This document shows positions 1 to 8,850 of a DNA stretch of 64,000 nt, piece by piece. The position numbers were made by a program, and so were the translations under genes. Source of the DNA: Bacilli bacterium (GTDB lineage: Bacteria; Bacillota_I; Bacilli_A; ML615J-28; CAG-698); NCBI GenBank assembly GCA_050174575.1, contig JBFXJT010000001.1:55276-119275 (forward strand). Direction: 5' to 3'. The notes under the pieces were generated by a model. The model did no database searches and was not told where the DNA came from. It saw nothing but the letters and a program-made list of their open reading frames with translations. How positions within the stretch are numbered: the stretch's first letter is position 1; every line of letters begins with the position of its first letter.

Positions 1-11
1 TTTTCCTTTCA

Positions 12-440
12 TTATCGCGCTCCTAAAATTTGGATGGCACTAAAGACAATAATAATTAAGCTAAAAATGCCAAAACCGATATTCAATAATTGATACCAAA
101 AAATATAACCAGTTTCAATTTCTTGTAAATTTAACATTTCTTTTGCACTAGCCTGCGCTATTTTGACAGTTAAATAGTTGGATAAACCGTTAAAGAACAT
201 CAAAGCAACCCAAATTAAGGTTAAATATAAGCCGAAAATAGTTAAATCATAGCCATAAATCATTAGAAATTGATAAATTAATAAACCAAATGGCATGATT
301 ATTAATGTTGCAAGTAAAAACCCAAAAATAAAGGTTTTAAAAGAAGTTGAACGGTTAAGACGAATTTCATAAAATTTTTTTGTTTCACGACGTCCTCGTA
401 ACCAAAAATTTAGTTGTTTTTGATTATTCATGGTTTTCAC
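12..440 (-). CDS. Hypothetical integral membrane protein with several predicted TM helices
   Basis: 142-aa ORF, hydrophobic segments, overlaps downstream gene start by 17 nt (operon-like); no recognisable motif. Confidence 0.45.
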   Translation of the reverse strand: MKTMNNQKQLNFWLRGRRETKKFYEIRLNRSTSFKTFIFGFLLATLIIMPFGLLIYQFLMIYGYDLTIFGLYLTLIWVALMFFNGLSNYLTVKIAQASAKEMLNLQEIETGYIFWYQLLNIGFGIFSLIIIVFSAIQILGAR

Positions 441-1515
441 CTTCTAAAAACTGTATGATATCTTGAAAATAATTTACTTTTACTAATGTAAAATCGGGGC
501 TTATTTCTTGATATTTCATCAAAGCTTCATCGTAATCTTCAGGATTAACAAAAAAATAATCGACGTCATATAGTTTTGCTGTTACTATTTTTTGAGAAAC
601 AGCACCAATATCACCGATGGCTCCTTCAATTGAGATTGTCCCAGTGCCAACGATTGTCTTGCCATAAGTGACATCTTCATTTAATAATGAATTATAAATA
701 GATAATGTTAACATTGCTCCGCCCGAGCCTCCGATTGAATCTAATTCATCGCTTAAGGTATATTCTGGGAAGGCATTGTTAATTTTATAATCTGGGAGAG
801 CTTCAATAGCAAGTCGATAAATTTTATTTTGTTGATCGTCTTCTAACTCAATCATTTTTGCCTGAACAACTATCTCTTCATCATCTCGAACAATCGTTAA
901 ATCAAAAGAATCTAAATTAGTTTGCAAATCCCTTAAACTAATAAAGTGCTGATAATCAGTTATTAAAACACCATTGAATTTGGTAATTAGGTCCCCAATT
1001 TCAAGGTTTGACTGCGATTCTTTCGTGACAGCAGAAACACGCATCCCTAAAAACTGTTTATCAATGACGATGGATGAATCTTTTAGCTTTGCTTGTTCAT
1101 AAGCAACGATGATGGCATTTTTGATGCTAATTTCCTTATGGATAACACCACGCAAATATTCTTCTCTTTCGCTTAAATCACTTGTTTTATCATATTGGCT
1201 GATTTGGATGTCATCGGACAATGAAGCAATCAAATACTGAAATAAAGAAATTTCATAATGGCTGTAAACACCAATTGTAAAAATGTTGCCAGAAATATTA
1301 CTTGTTTCGATGGTTAGAGGAACAAAACCTTTGTCCTCGTTTGATGTTTGGGCTGTATTATTGATTAGTCCGGGCGTTGTAACAACAACATCCATTTTGA
1401 TAAATACCAGTCCTAACAAGCAAACATATATAAAAAACAAAATAATTGTCATTAGTTTTCTTTTTAAAGTACTTTGAATAAAGGTTGTCCAAAATTCTTT
1501 GATAAAATTAATCAT
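424..1515 (-). CDS. YlbL-like membrane-anchored PDZ + Lon-type (S16) protease domain protein
   Basis: N-terminal TM helix; C-terminal S16 signature (SGGAMLTLSIYN...GTGTISIEGAIGDIG) typical of the Lon proteolytic domain in the YlbL/SdrC family. Confidence 0.7.
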   Translation of the reverse strand: MINFIKEFWTTFIQSTLKRKLMTIILFFIYVCLLGLVFIKMDVVVTTPGLINNTAQTSNEDKGFVPLTIETSNISGNIFTIGVYSHYEISLFQYLIASLSDDIQISQYDKTSDLSEREEYLRGVIHKEISIKNAIIVAYEQAKLKDSSIVIDKQFLGMRVSAVTKESQSNLEIGDLITKFNGVLITDYQHFISLRDLQTNLDSFDLTIVRDDEEIVVQAKMIELEDDQQNKIYRLAIEALPDYKINNAFPEYTLSDELDSIGGSGGAMLTLSIYNSLLNEDVTYGKTIVGTGTISIEGAIGDIGAVSQKIVTAKLYDVDYFFVNPEDYDEALMKYQEISPDFTLVKVNYFQDIIQFLEGENHE

Positions 1516-2009
1516 TCTTCATCGACCAACTTTAAAGACATATTAGGAAGTTTTCGATAAGAAACATGTGCAGCATCAAACATTTTTTTTGCTGCCTGGT
1601 CGCTAGGTGTTCCTAAATATTTTTCCGATAAATAGACAACTTCTTTTATTCCACTTTGAATTATTAATTTTGCGCATTCATGGCATGGGAATAAAGTTAC
1701 ATAAATTGTGCAATTATCAAGTGAAGAAATAGCATTTAAAATGGCATTTGGTTCAGCATGAACCACATAAGGATACTTTGTATCTAAAAAATCTCCATTA
1801 TTTTCCCATGGAAATTTGTCATCATCGCATCCTATCGGGAAGCCATTGTAACCAATGCCAACAATCCTTTTTTGAGGATTAACAATGCAAGCGCCAACTT
1901 GAGTGTTGGGATCTTTACTGCGCATTTGTGATAAAATTGCCACACCCATAAAATATTTATCCCACGAAATGTAATCAGTTCTTTTCATCTTGATTTTCTT
2001 CCTTTTCAC
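1512..2009 (-). CDS. dCMP/cytidine deaminase family protein (ComEB-like deoxycytidylate deaminase)
   Basis: Zinc-binding HAEPNA ... PCHECAKLI motifs of the CDA fold; 165 aa. Confidence 0.75.
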   Translation of the reverse strand: MKRKKIKMKRTDYISWDKYFMGVAILSQMRSKDPNTQVGACIVNPQKRIVGIGYNGFPIGCDDDKFPWENNGDFLDTKYPYVVHAEPNAILNAISSLDNCTIYVTLFPCHECAKLIIQSGIKEVVYLSEKYLGTPSDQAAKKMFDAAHVSYRKLPNMSLKLVDEE

Positions 2010-2217
2010 AATTTATTAATTTTCGTATTTCTTCTTTTGCTTTTTCTACATTTTCAATTTTAATAATGCATGATGAAGATTGACAAAATTCACATTTTTC
2101 GGGCAACACAACATTTTTAGGAGGTTTTGTTCGTTTATTTAAAGCATAAGTGATTACAAAAACAACAAAAACACTAACAATAATGATAACTTGTACATAA
2201 ATATCTGCTAAGAACAT
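1975..2217 (-). CDS. Small Cys-motif membrane protein (possibly FeoB-associated Cys-rich type); start probably at internal Met
   Basis: One TM helix followed by a CEFCQSSSC motif; the first-Met ORF overlaps the upstream deaminase gene so the start is uncertain. Confidence 0.3.
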   Translation of the reverse strand: MFLADIYVQVIIIVSVFVVFVITYALNKRTKPPKNVVLPEKCEFCQSSSCIIKIENVEKAKEEIRKLINCEKEENQDEKN

Positions 2218-2219
2218 TT

Positions 2220-2894
2220 TTATTTTCCTTTCCAAATTTGTTTTAAAACATAATCTGCGAGTAATAGTCCAGCCGATGCTGTTACTGGCATATATGAACC
2301 AAGTTTTTCTAAATTTGGAGTTTCTTCAGTTGAAGATACAACCATAACTGGTTTTTGAATATTATCATCTCGAAGTTTCTTACGAATGATTTTTGCAAGG
2401 GGATCATAAGTTGTTTTTTTGATGTCCAAAACAGTTAATTTTTGGATATCAACCTTATTAGCTGCTCCCATTGCACTAACAAATGGTATATCATTATTAA
2501 GGCACTTTTTTATGAGTGAATATTTATTTGCAACAGAATCAATCGCATCAACCAAAAAATCAAAATGAAAATTAAACAATTGTGAATTATCGTCAAAACG
2601 TTCATCTAAAACGGTTACCTGACAATCGGGATTAATACTTTTAATTTCTTGTAAATAAAGCGATGTTTTCTTTTCTCCAATCGTTTGATAATTAGCGATT
2701 AACTGGCGATTAATATTGGATTCTTGAACAACATCAAAATCTTGAATAAGCAAATTCCCAATACCAGATCTTGCTAGAGCAATAGCACAAACACCACCAA
2801 CGCCACCGAGGCCAATGATGGCGACTGTTGCTTTATGTAATTTTATTAAATTGTCTTTGCCAATCAAATATTCGAGTCGTTCAAAATTGTTCAT
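2220..2894 (-). CDS. tcdA: ThiF/MoeB-family E1-like enzyme, probably tRNA threonylcarbamoyladenosine dehydratase TcdA
   Basis: Rossmann GxGxxG motif IAIIGLGGVGG, ThiF-fold length 224 aa. Confidence 0.65.
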   Translation of the reverse strand: MNNFERLEYLIGKDNLIKLHKATVAIIGLGGVGGVCAIALARSGIGNLLIQDFDVVQESNINRQLIANYQTIGEKKTSLYLQEIKSINPDCQVTVLDERFDDNSQLFNFHFDFLVDAIDSVANKYSLIKKCLNNDIPFVSAMGAANKVDIQKLTVLDIKKTTYDPLAKIIRKKLRDDNIQKPVMVVSSTEETPNLEKLGSYMPVTASAGLLLADYVLKQIWKGK

Positions 2895-4636
2895 TTTTTT
2901 ATTTCCAATTTAAGTTCATTTAATTGTAAATCCGTTACAAAACTTGGTGCTTCACTCATTGGATCCATCGCATTTGCGCTTTTTGGGAAAGCAATGACTT
3001 CACGAAGCGAAGTTGAATTAGTCAGAATCATCGCTAAACGATCAAGACCTAAAGCAATCCCTCCATGAGGTGGTGTACCAAATTTCAACGCATCAACAAA
3101 GAAACCAAATTTATATTTGATTTCATCTTCTGTAAGACCGATAGCTTTAAACATTTTAGCTTGTAAATCTTGGCTATGGATTCTAATTGAACCACTACCC
3201 AATTCATAACCGTTTAAAACAATATCGTAGCATTTGGAGTGACAAGATTCAGGATTTGTTAAGATTTTATCCTGATCTTCATCTTTTGGTGCTGTAAATG
3301 GATGGTGAGCAGCGACATATCGCTTCTCTTCTTCATCATATTCAAACGAAGGCCAGTTGTTGACCCATAAAAAATTAAACTTATTTGGATCAATCAAACC
3401 CATTTCTTTTGCAACTTGATTTCGTAAGAAGCCTAAGGAAGCATTTGCAACATTCTTTTGATCGGCAACAATGAGAATTAAATCATTATCTTGGATTTTT
3501 AATAAATCAACCAAAGTTGCTTCAGTTTTTTCATCAAGATATTTGATTATCGAACCAGAAAATTGTTGATTTTCATATTTTAACCACATTAGTCCTTTAG
3601 CTTTGTATTTTCTGACATCTTGTGTTAAACGATCGATTTCTTTTCGTGAATACCATTTTGCACCATTTTTTACATTAATGGCTTTAATTAAACCGTTTTC
3701 TAAAATAGTGCTTTGGAAAACTTGGAAATCCAATTGTCCAACAACTTCCCCTATGTCGACTAATTCCATAGCAAAACGAGTATCTGGTTTATCAGTGCCA
3801 AAGCGGCTCATTGATTCTTCAAAAGTAATTCTCGGCAATGGAAGAGTAATATTGATGTTTTTAATATCCTTCATTACTTTTGCAAGCATCTTTTCCATTA
3901 TTTGATAAATATCTTCTTCATCAATGAAACTCATTTCTACATCGATTTGGGTGAATTCCATTTGTCGATCAGCTCGCAAATCTTCATCTCTGAAGCATTT
4001 TACAATTTGATAATATTTTTCAAAGCCCGCAACCATTAAAAGTTGTTTATAAATCTGCGGTGATTGTGGAAGAGCGTAAAACTTTCCAGGATGAACGCGT
4101 GATGGTACTAAATAGTCACGTGCGCCTTCAGGAGTTGATTTTCCGAAAACTGGCGTTTCAACATCAATAAAGCCAAGATTATCAAAATACTCACGGACGC
4201 TTCTTGTTAAGCGGTGACGTAACATAAGATTTTTTTGTAATATTGGTCGTCTTAAATCTAAATAGCGATATTTCATTCGTATATCTTCCAAAGCATCCGT
4301 TTCATCGGCAATAATCATTGGCGTTTGCTCAGCTTCACTAAGAATAGATATACTTAATATTTCAACTTCGATTTCCCCAGTAGGCAAATTAAAGTTTTTA
4401 CTTTCTCTTTCGATGACTTTCCCAGTAACACGAATTACAAACTCATTACGAACTTTTTCCAGTAATGGATAATTGGCATTATCAGGTTTACATACTATTT
4501 GGGTAATCCCTTCACGATCACGTAAATCGACAAAGATTAACCCTCCTAAATTTCGTTTTTTTTGAACCCAACCGACTAAAGTGACAATTTCGCCAACATT
4601 TTCGATTCTAAGTTGATTGTTATGATGAGTTCTCAT
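2891..4636 (-). CDS. aspS: Aspartyl-tRNA synthetase
   Basis: 581 aa; class II aaRS motifs (FRDEDLRADRQ, GGIALGLDRL); anticodon-binding OB-fold N-terminus; hisS-aspS synteny. Confidence 0.95.
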   Translation of the reverse strand: MRTHHNNQLRIENVGEIVTLVGWVQKKRNLGGLIFVDLRDREGITQIVCKPDNANYPLLEKVRNEFVIRVTGKVIERESKNFNLPTGEIEVEILSISILSEAEQTPMIIADETDALEDIRMKYRYLDLRRPILQKNLMLRHRLTRSVREYFDNLGFIDVETPVFGKSTPEGARDYLVPSRVHPGKFYALPQSPQIYKQLLMVAGFEKYYQIVKCFRDEDLRADRQMEFTQIDVEMSFIDEEDIYQIMEKMLAKVMKDIKNINITLPLPRITFEESMSRFGTDKPDTRFAMELVDIGEVVGQLDFQVFQSTILENGLIKAINVKNGAKWYSRKEIDRLTQDVRKYKAKGLMWLKYENQQFSGSIIKYLDEKTEATLVDLLKIQDNDLILIVADQKNVANASLGFLRNQVAKEMGLIDPNKFNFLWVNNWPSFEYDEEEKRYVAAHHPFTAPKDEDQDKILTNPESCHSKCYDIVLNGYELGSGSIRIHSQDLQAKMFKAIGLTEDEIKYKFGFFVDALKFGTPPHGGIALGLDRLAMILTNSTSLREVIAFPKSANAMDPMSEAPSFVTDLQLNELKLEIKK

Positions 4637-5901
4637 AATAAATTCTCCTCTAAGTATTTTATGATTCCGCTTTGTGGTATGGAAATTTGTGCTTTTGTAA
4701 AAGTATTTTTAATGGTATATGAATTGTTTTGTTGCTCTTCTTCACCGATTATTATAATAAATCGCGCTTTTTTATTTTCAGCAACTTTAAACTGAGGTTT
4801 CATGTTCGTATTCTTATAGTCCAGTTCACACGTATAACCATTGGTTCTAAGTAAATTGGCTAATTGTAAACTAGCTGTTTTTGCTTTATCGTCTAAACCA
4901 ATGATAACTACATCTGCATTTAAATCTAATGAAGGTAGCAAATTCTGCGTATCTAGAACATAAATTAAGCGTTCAATTCCAAATGCGTAACCAATACCAG
5001 GTAAATCAGGGCCATTAAAAGATTTAATTAAATCGGAATATTTTCCACCGCCACATAAAGTCAAATTATTCGTTTCATCTTGGGAATTGATAACAAATTC
5101 AAAAACAGTGTCGGTATAATAATCTAATCCGCGCACTAGCGTTGGTGTAATTTCATAACGAATTTTCAAAGAATCAAGTGTCTCTAAAACCTTATTAAAA
5201 TATTCTTTCGCTTCAATTGTTAAATAATCAGCAATTTTTGGAGCATTTTTTACAAGTGGTTGATCTTGGTCAACTTTACAATCTAATATACGTAGTGGGT
5301 TTCGTTCTAAACGGCTTTGACAATCACTACAGAAATTGCTTATTTCTGGTTGAAAATATTTTTTAAGAGCTAATGCGTATTTTTCACGTGAAGAAAAATC
5401 GCCAATTGTATTAATTTTTAAAGTAATATTATTGATTCCTAACCGTTTGATAATTTGATAAGCGCTGTTAATAACGTCTGCGTCAAGAAGTGGAGATGAA
5501 TCACCAAAAGCTTCAATTCCGAATTGATTAAATTGGCGGAAACGTCCAGCTTGAGGGCGTTCATAGCGAAACATAGGACCAAAATAAAATAATTTAGTAA
5601 GGTTGCTACTAGCATACATTTTATTTTCTAAGAAACTACGAACAACAGCTGCTGTCCCTTCAGGGCGCAAAGTAATGGAGCGATCGCTTTTGTCTTTAAA
5701 AGTATACATTTCTTTTTTTACAATATCAGTATCATCACCAACACCTCTTACGAATACATCCGTATTTTCAAAAATAGGCGTAATGATTTCGCGATAACCG
5801 AATTTTTTAATCATCGATGTCATGACTTGCTCAACATAGCGGTATTTTAATGCTAGTTGTTCAAATAGATCTTGAGTCCCCTTTACTTTTTGATAACTCA
5901 T
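4633..5901 (-). CDS. hisS: Histidyl-tRNA synthetase
   Basis: 422 aa; class II motifs (MFRYERPQAGRFRQF; GGGKYSDL); translationally coupled to aspS. Confidence 0.95.
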   Translation of the reverse strand: MSYQKVKGTQDLFEQLALKYRYVEQVMTSMIKKFGYREIITPIFENTDVFVRGVGDDTDIVKKEMYTFKDKSDRSITLRPEGTAAVVRSFLENKMYASSNLTKLFYFGPMFRYERPQAGRFRQFNQFGIEAFGDSSPLLDADVINSAYQIIKRLGINNITLKINTIGDFSSREKYALALKKYFQPEISNFCSDCQSRLERNPLRILDCKVDQDQPLVKNAPKIADYLTIEAKEYFNKVLETLDSLKIRYEITPTLVRGLDYYTDTVFEFVINSQDETNNLTLCGGGKYSDLIKSFNGPDLPGIGYAFGIERLIYVLDTQNLLPSLDLNADVVIIGLDDKAKTASLQLANLLRTNGYTCELDYKNTNMKPQFKVAENKKARFIIIIGEEEQQNNSYTIKNTFTKAQISIPQSGIIKYLEENLL

Positions 5902-5904
5902 AAC

Positions 5905-6136
5905 TTTACCTCCTAAAAATAAAAATCCTTAAAAGAATACTTCTAAGGACGATTAACCGCGGTGCCACCTTATTCATCAAAAAAAATGATGCACTTAATT
6001 CTTTAACGCTAGAAATACGTCCTTAAAGGAATCTCATAAGTGTCATTCGTTGATGAATTATCAAGTGCTCTCACTAACCACTTTCGCTGTAAATAATTAA
6101 CCATCAATTACTTGTCTTATTCATCGATTATTTATT
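5905..6136 (-). promoter_or_regulatory. T-box riboswitch leader of the hisS-aspS operon with terminator/antiterminator
   Basis: Minus strand reads ...AATAAGGTGGCACCGCGGTTAATCGTCCTTAGAAGTATTCTTTTAAGGATTTTTATTTTT. This is the T-box consensus (AANNNGGGTGGNACCGCGG) overlapping the 5' arm of an intrinsic terminator (GTCCTTAGAAG...CTTTTAAGGAT + U-run), immediately upstream of hisS. Confidence 0.8.
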
Positions 6137-6142
6137 TTATAT

Positions 6143-6171
6143 TATTATAATTTAAAATATGGGAATTGTCA
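6143..6171 (-). promoter_or_regulatory. Sigma-A-type promoter driving the hisS T-box leader
   Basis: Minus strand TTGACA-17 nt-TATAAT (rc of tgtcaa 6166-6171 and attata 6143-6148). Confidence 0.65.
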
Positions 6172-6302
6172 AGAGAAAGCCAAATAAGGCGTTTCTAAAA
6201 TCGCTCGAAAGATAATTGTTCGTCTAAAAAAAGATAATCTTCTCTAAAAGCGAGTTAAAATCTATTAAATATATTCAATATATAATATTGACTATATTTT
6301 TT

Positions 6303-7151
6303 TTATAATAAAATAATTTTATCGTCATGAATTTCGACAAGACGATCTTTATATAAATTACCAACAGCTGCTTTGAAAGCCTTCTTGCTCATGTTAAAGA
6401 CTTTTTTTATTGCTTCTGAATCACTTTTTTCCGTTATTGCCATGACGCCTTGATGACTTTTTAAATAACTTAAAAGGATATCTCGGTCATTTTTTATCAT
6501 TACTTCTTTTTGATCAATTAATGTTCCAAAAAAATCAGTTTCATTTTTTACAAGGATTTTTACACTAACTTCTTCTCCCAGACGATATTTTTTTCGCATA
6601 TTGGTATGAAATACAAAAACAATATTTAAATTTTCTGTTACCAAATTAACACCTTCGGGTGTCATTCTGTAGACAAAAGCCTTTACTTTTTCATTAATTG
6701 GTAAGTCATTTTCTTTTCTTTGATTTAAAATTTCATCTTTTGTAGCCATTTTTAAAATTAAACGGTCGGCTTTTACTTTCAATTTGCCAATAATATAGTC
6801 ACCGCATTGAGGCCATTCTTCTAAACTAATAGGTAAATCATCACGTGAAAGCAAAATATCTTTACTTGTTCCGATATTTAAAAAAACTCCTAATTGCGAA
6901 TTTACATCTTGAACCCTGGCAAATCCGATTTTATTGATAGTAGCCGTTGGTTTAAACAAAGTCAACGCTAAACGTCCTTTTTTATCTGCATACAAAAAAG
7001 CATCAACTTGTTCGTCAATGGTTAGTTTCTGATAATTAGTTTCGTTTCGATGCAAAAAATATTCATCATTTCCATCGAGAGTTAATACATATCCTAAATT
7101 TGTTTCACGTAATACGCGATATTTTTGAATTGTTCCTAAATTACTATTCAT
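6303..7151 (-). CDS. cvfB: CvfB/YitL-family S1-like RNA-binding protein
   Basis: Three S1-like repeats plus a C-terminal winged helix pattern (GTIQKYRVLRETNLGYVL...); start placed at internal Met to avoid a large overlap with dinB. Confidence 0.6.
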   Translation of the reverse strand: MNSNLGTIQKYRVLRETNLGYVLTLDGNDEYFLHRNETNYQKLTIDEQVDAFLYADKKGRLALTLFKPTATINKIGFARVQDVNSQLGVFLNIGTSKDILLSRDDLPISLEEWPQCGDYIIGKLKVKADRLILKMATKDEILNQRKENDLPINEKVKAFVYRMTPEGVNLVTENLNIVFVFHTNMRKKYRLGEEVSVKILVKNETDFFGTLIDQKEVMIKNDRDILLSYLKSHQGVMAITEKSDSEAIKKVFNMSKKAFKAAVGNLYKDRLVEIHDDKIILL

Positions 7152-8352
7152 TTTGATCCTTCTTTTCTCGTTCATAGTAACCAACTTTAATGGCTTCTTT
7201 TCCAAAAGTATTTTGGACGCCGAGAATAATTTTTTTTATTTCACTTTCTTTTTCTATTTTTGATAAGTCATCAAAAATAGATACTTGTTTTTCTGGTTCT
7301 TTCCCTTGGACAAGACGGTTTGCAAAGACGCCAACCAAACGAATCATGTCTCCTTGGACAAATAAATTGTCAAATAAATCTTCAACAGTATCATATATCT
7401 CGATTTCGCCATCAATTGGTTTAACTAAGCTTTTGCTTCGGTTTATTTGACGAAAATCGCCATATTTTATTTGAATTCCAATTGTTTGCGCGCAGTAATT
7501 AGCTTTTTGTAATCGATAAGATACCGAATTAGCAAGAACTTTGAGCGTTTTTTTGATTGTATCGGGGTCATATAAATCATGATCAAATGTATGGGCATTA
7601 CTAATCGATTGCACTGAATCATCATTAGACGCATCAACACAAGTATCATCTATTCCCCAAGCATGTTGTTGTAAACTTAAAGTATTTTGTTCACCAATTG
7701 TTTGTTTTAATAACTCTAAATTGGCAAAGTTAGCAAGTTCGCCAATTGTATTTATTCCGATTGATTTTAACCTTGGTGCTGTTTTTTTGCCAACACCCAT
7801 CATGTCTTCAATTGGTAATACCCATAATAATTTATCTATTTCTCTTTTTCTTAGTACTGTAATTCCCAAGGGTTTCTTCATGTCAGAAGCCATTTTTGCA
7901 AGAAATTTATTGGGAGCTATGCCGATACTTACTGGAAGTTTATACTTTTCTAATAAATCTTTTTGGATTTTTTCTGCTAGCGAAAGTGGGTGAATTGTTT
8001 GGCACTTTTCTGTTACATCTAAATATGCTTCATCTATAGAAGCCATTTCCACAATCTTAGTAATTGATAATAGATAAGAGTAGAATAATTCAGAATAATG
8101 CTCATATAAATCCATAGTTGGTTCAACAACCACCAATTCTTTGCATAATAACAAAGCTTCACGAACTAACATAGTCGTTTTTATCCCGAATTTCCTAGCT
8201 TCGTAATTTGGGGATAAAATTATCCCTTTTCTCAGAGGATCAATGTGAGCAACAGCGACAGGTTTATTTACAAGCTCTTGGTCTTCTGCCATTTCACAAG
8301 ATGCAAAGAAACTATTTAAATCAACATGGAAAATAATTTTTGGGGTTTTCAT
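7144..8352 (-). CDS. dinB: DNA polymerase IV (Y-family translesion polymerase)
   Basis: IFHVDLNSFFASCE ... IDEAYLDVT catalytic motifs, 402 aa. Confidence 0.9.
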   Translation of the reverse strand: MKTPKIIFHVDLNSFFASCEMAEDQELVNKPVAVAHIDPLRKGIILSPNYEARKFGIKTTMLVREALLLCKELVVVEPTMDLYEHYSELFYSYLLSITKIVEMASIDEAYLDVTEKCQTIHPLSLAEKIQKDLLEKYKLPVSIGIAPNKFLAKMASDMKKPLGITVLRKREIDKLLWVLPIEDMMGVGKKTAPRLKSIGINTIGELANFANLELLKQTIGEQNTLSLQQHAWGIDDTCVDASNDDSVQSISNAHTFDHDLYDPDTIKKTLKVLANSVSYRLQKANYCAQTIGIQIKYGDFRQINRSKSLVKPIDGEIEIYDTVEDLFDNLFVQGDMIRLVGVFANRLVQGKEPEKQVSIFDDLSKIEKESEIKKIILGVQNTFGKEAIKVGYYEREKKDQNE

Positions 8353-8395
8353 TCTTTTTTTATTCCCTTTTTAAAGATTATGTGTTACAATAACT

Positions 8396-8635
8396 ATGTT
8401 ATATTATATCATAATTATTGAGGTGAGAAAAGTGAAAAAAGATAACAAGATTGAAAAAACACCTTTTATCAAAACAAAGGTAAAACCAAATAATTCTGTT
8501 GAGGTTGAGATTCAAAAAAATCCCGCTAATACTTTAATCGGTAAAATTTTAATTTATGTAATTGTCATTGGAATGACTTTATTAGGTGCTGTAGCTTTAA
8601 TTGCATTGATGATTGAAGTTGCCAAGAAATTTTAA
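8396..8635 (+). CDS. Small C-terminally anchored membrane protein, hypothetical (true start possibly GTG at ~8433 after a GAGGTGA RBS)
   Basis: Lys-rich N-terminal part, single C-terminal TM helix; RBS-like gaggtga upstream of an internal GTG. Confidence 0.35.
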   Translation: MLYYIIIIEVRKVKKDNKIEKTPFIKTKVKPNNSVEVEIQKNPANTLIGKILIYVIVIGMTLLGAVALIALMIEVAKKF

Positions 8636-8659
8636 TTGAAATTTATTCAGGAATAGTTT

Positions 8660-8836
8660 ATGGATATAAAAGAACAAATTTTACAAGCAATGCAACAAGC
8701 TAATCAACCATTAAGCGCTGGTGATATTGAGAAAATTACTGGTTTAGACCGTAAAACAATCGATAAAGCTTTTAATGATTTAAAAAAAGAAGGGAAAATT
8801 TTTTCTCCTATCCGTTGTAAATGGCAACCAAAATAG
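8660..8836 (+). CDS. 58-aa small winged-helix-like protein (not in the supplied ORF track)
   Basis: ATG at 8660 runs to TAG 8834-8836, translating MDIKEQILQAMQQANQPLSAGDIEKITGLDRKTIDKAFNDLKKEGKIFSPIRCKWQPK. AGGAA-like RBS (caggaatagttt) 5-9 nt upstream; helix-turn-wing pattern. Confidence 0.4.
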   Translation: MDIKEQILQAMQQANQPLSAGDIEKITGLDRKTIDKAFNDLKKEGKIFSPIRCKWQPK

Positions 8837-8850
8837 ACAAACGAATCAAG

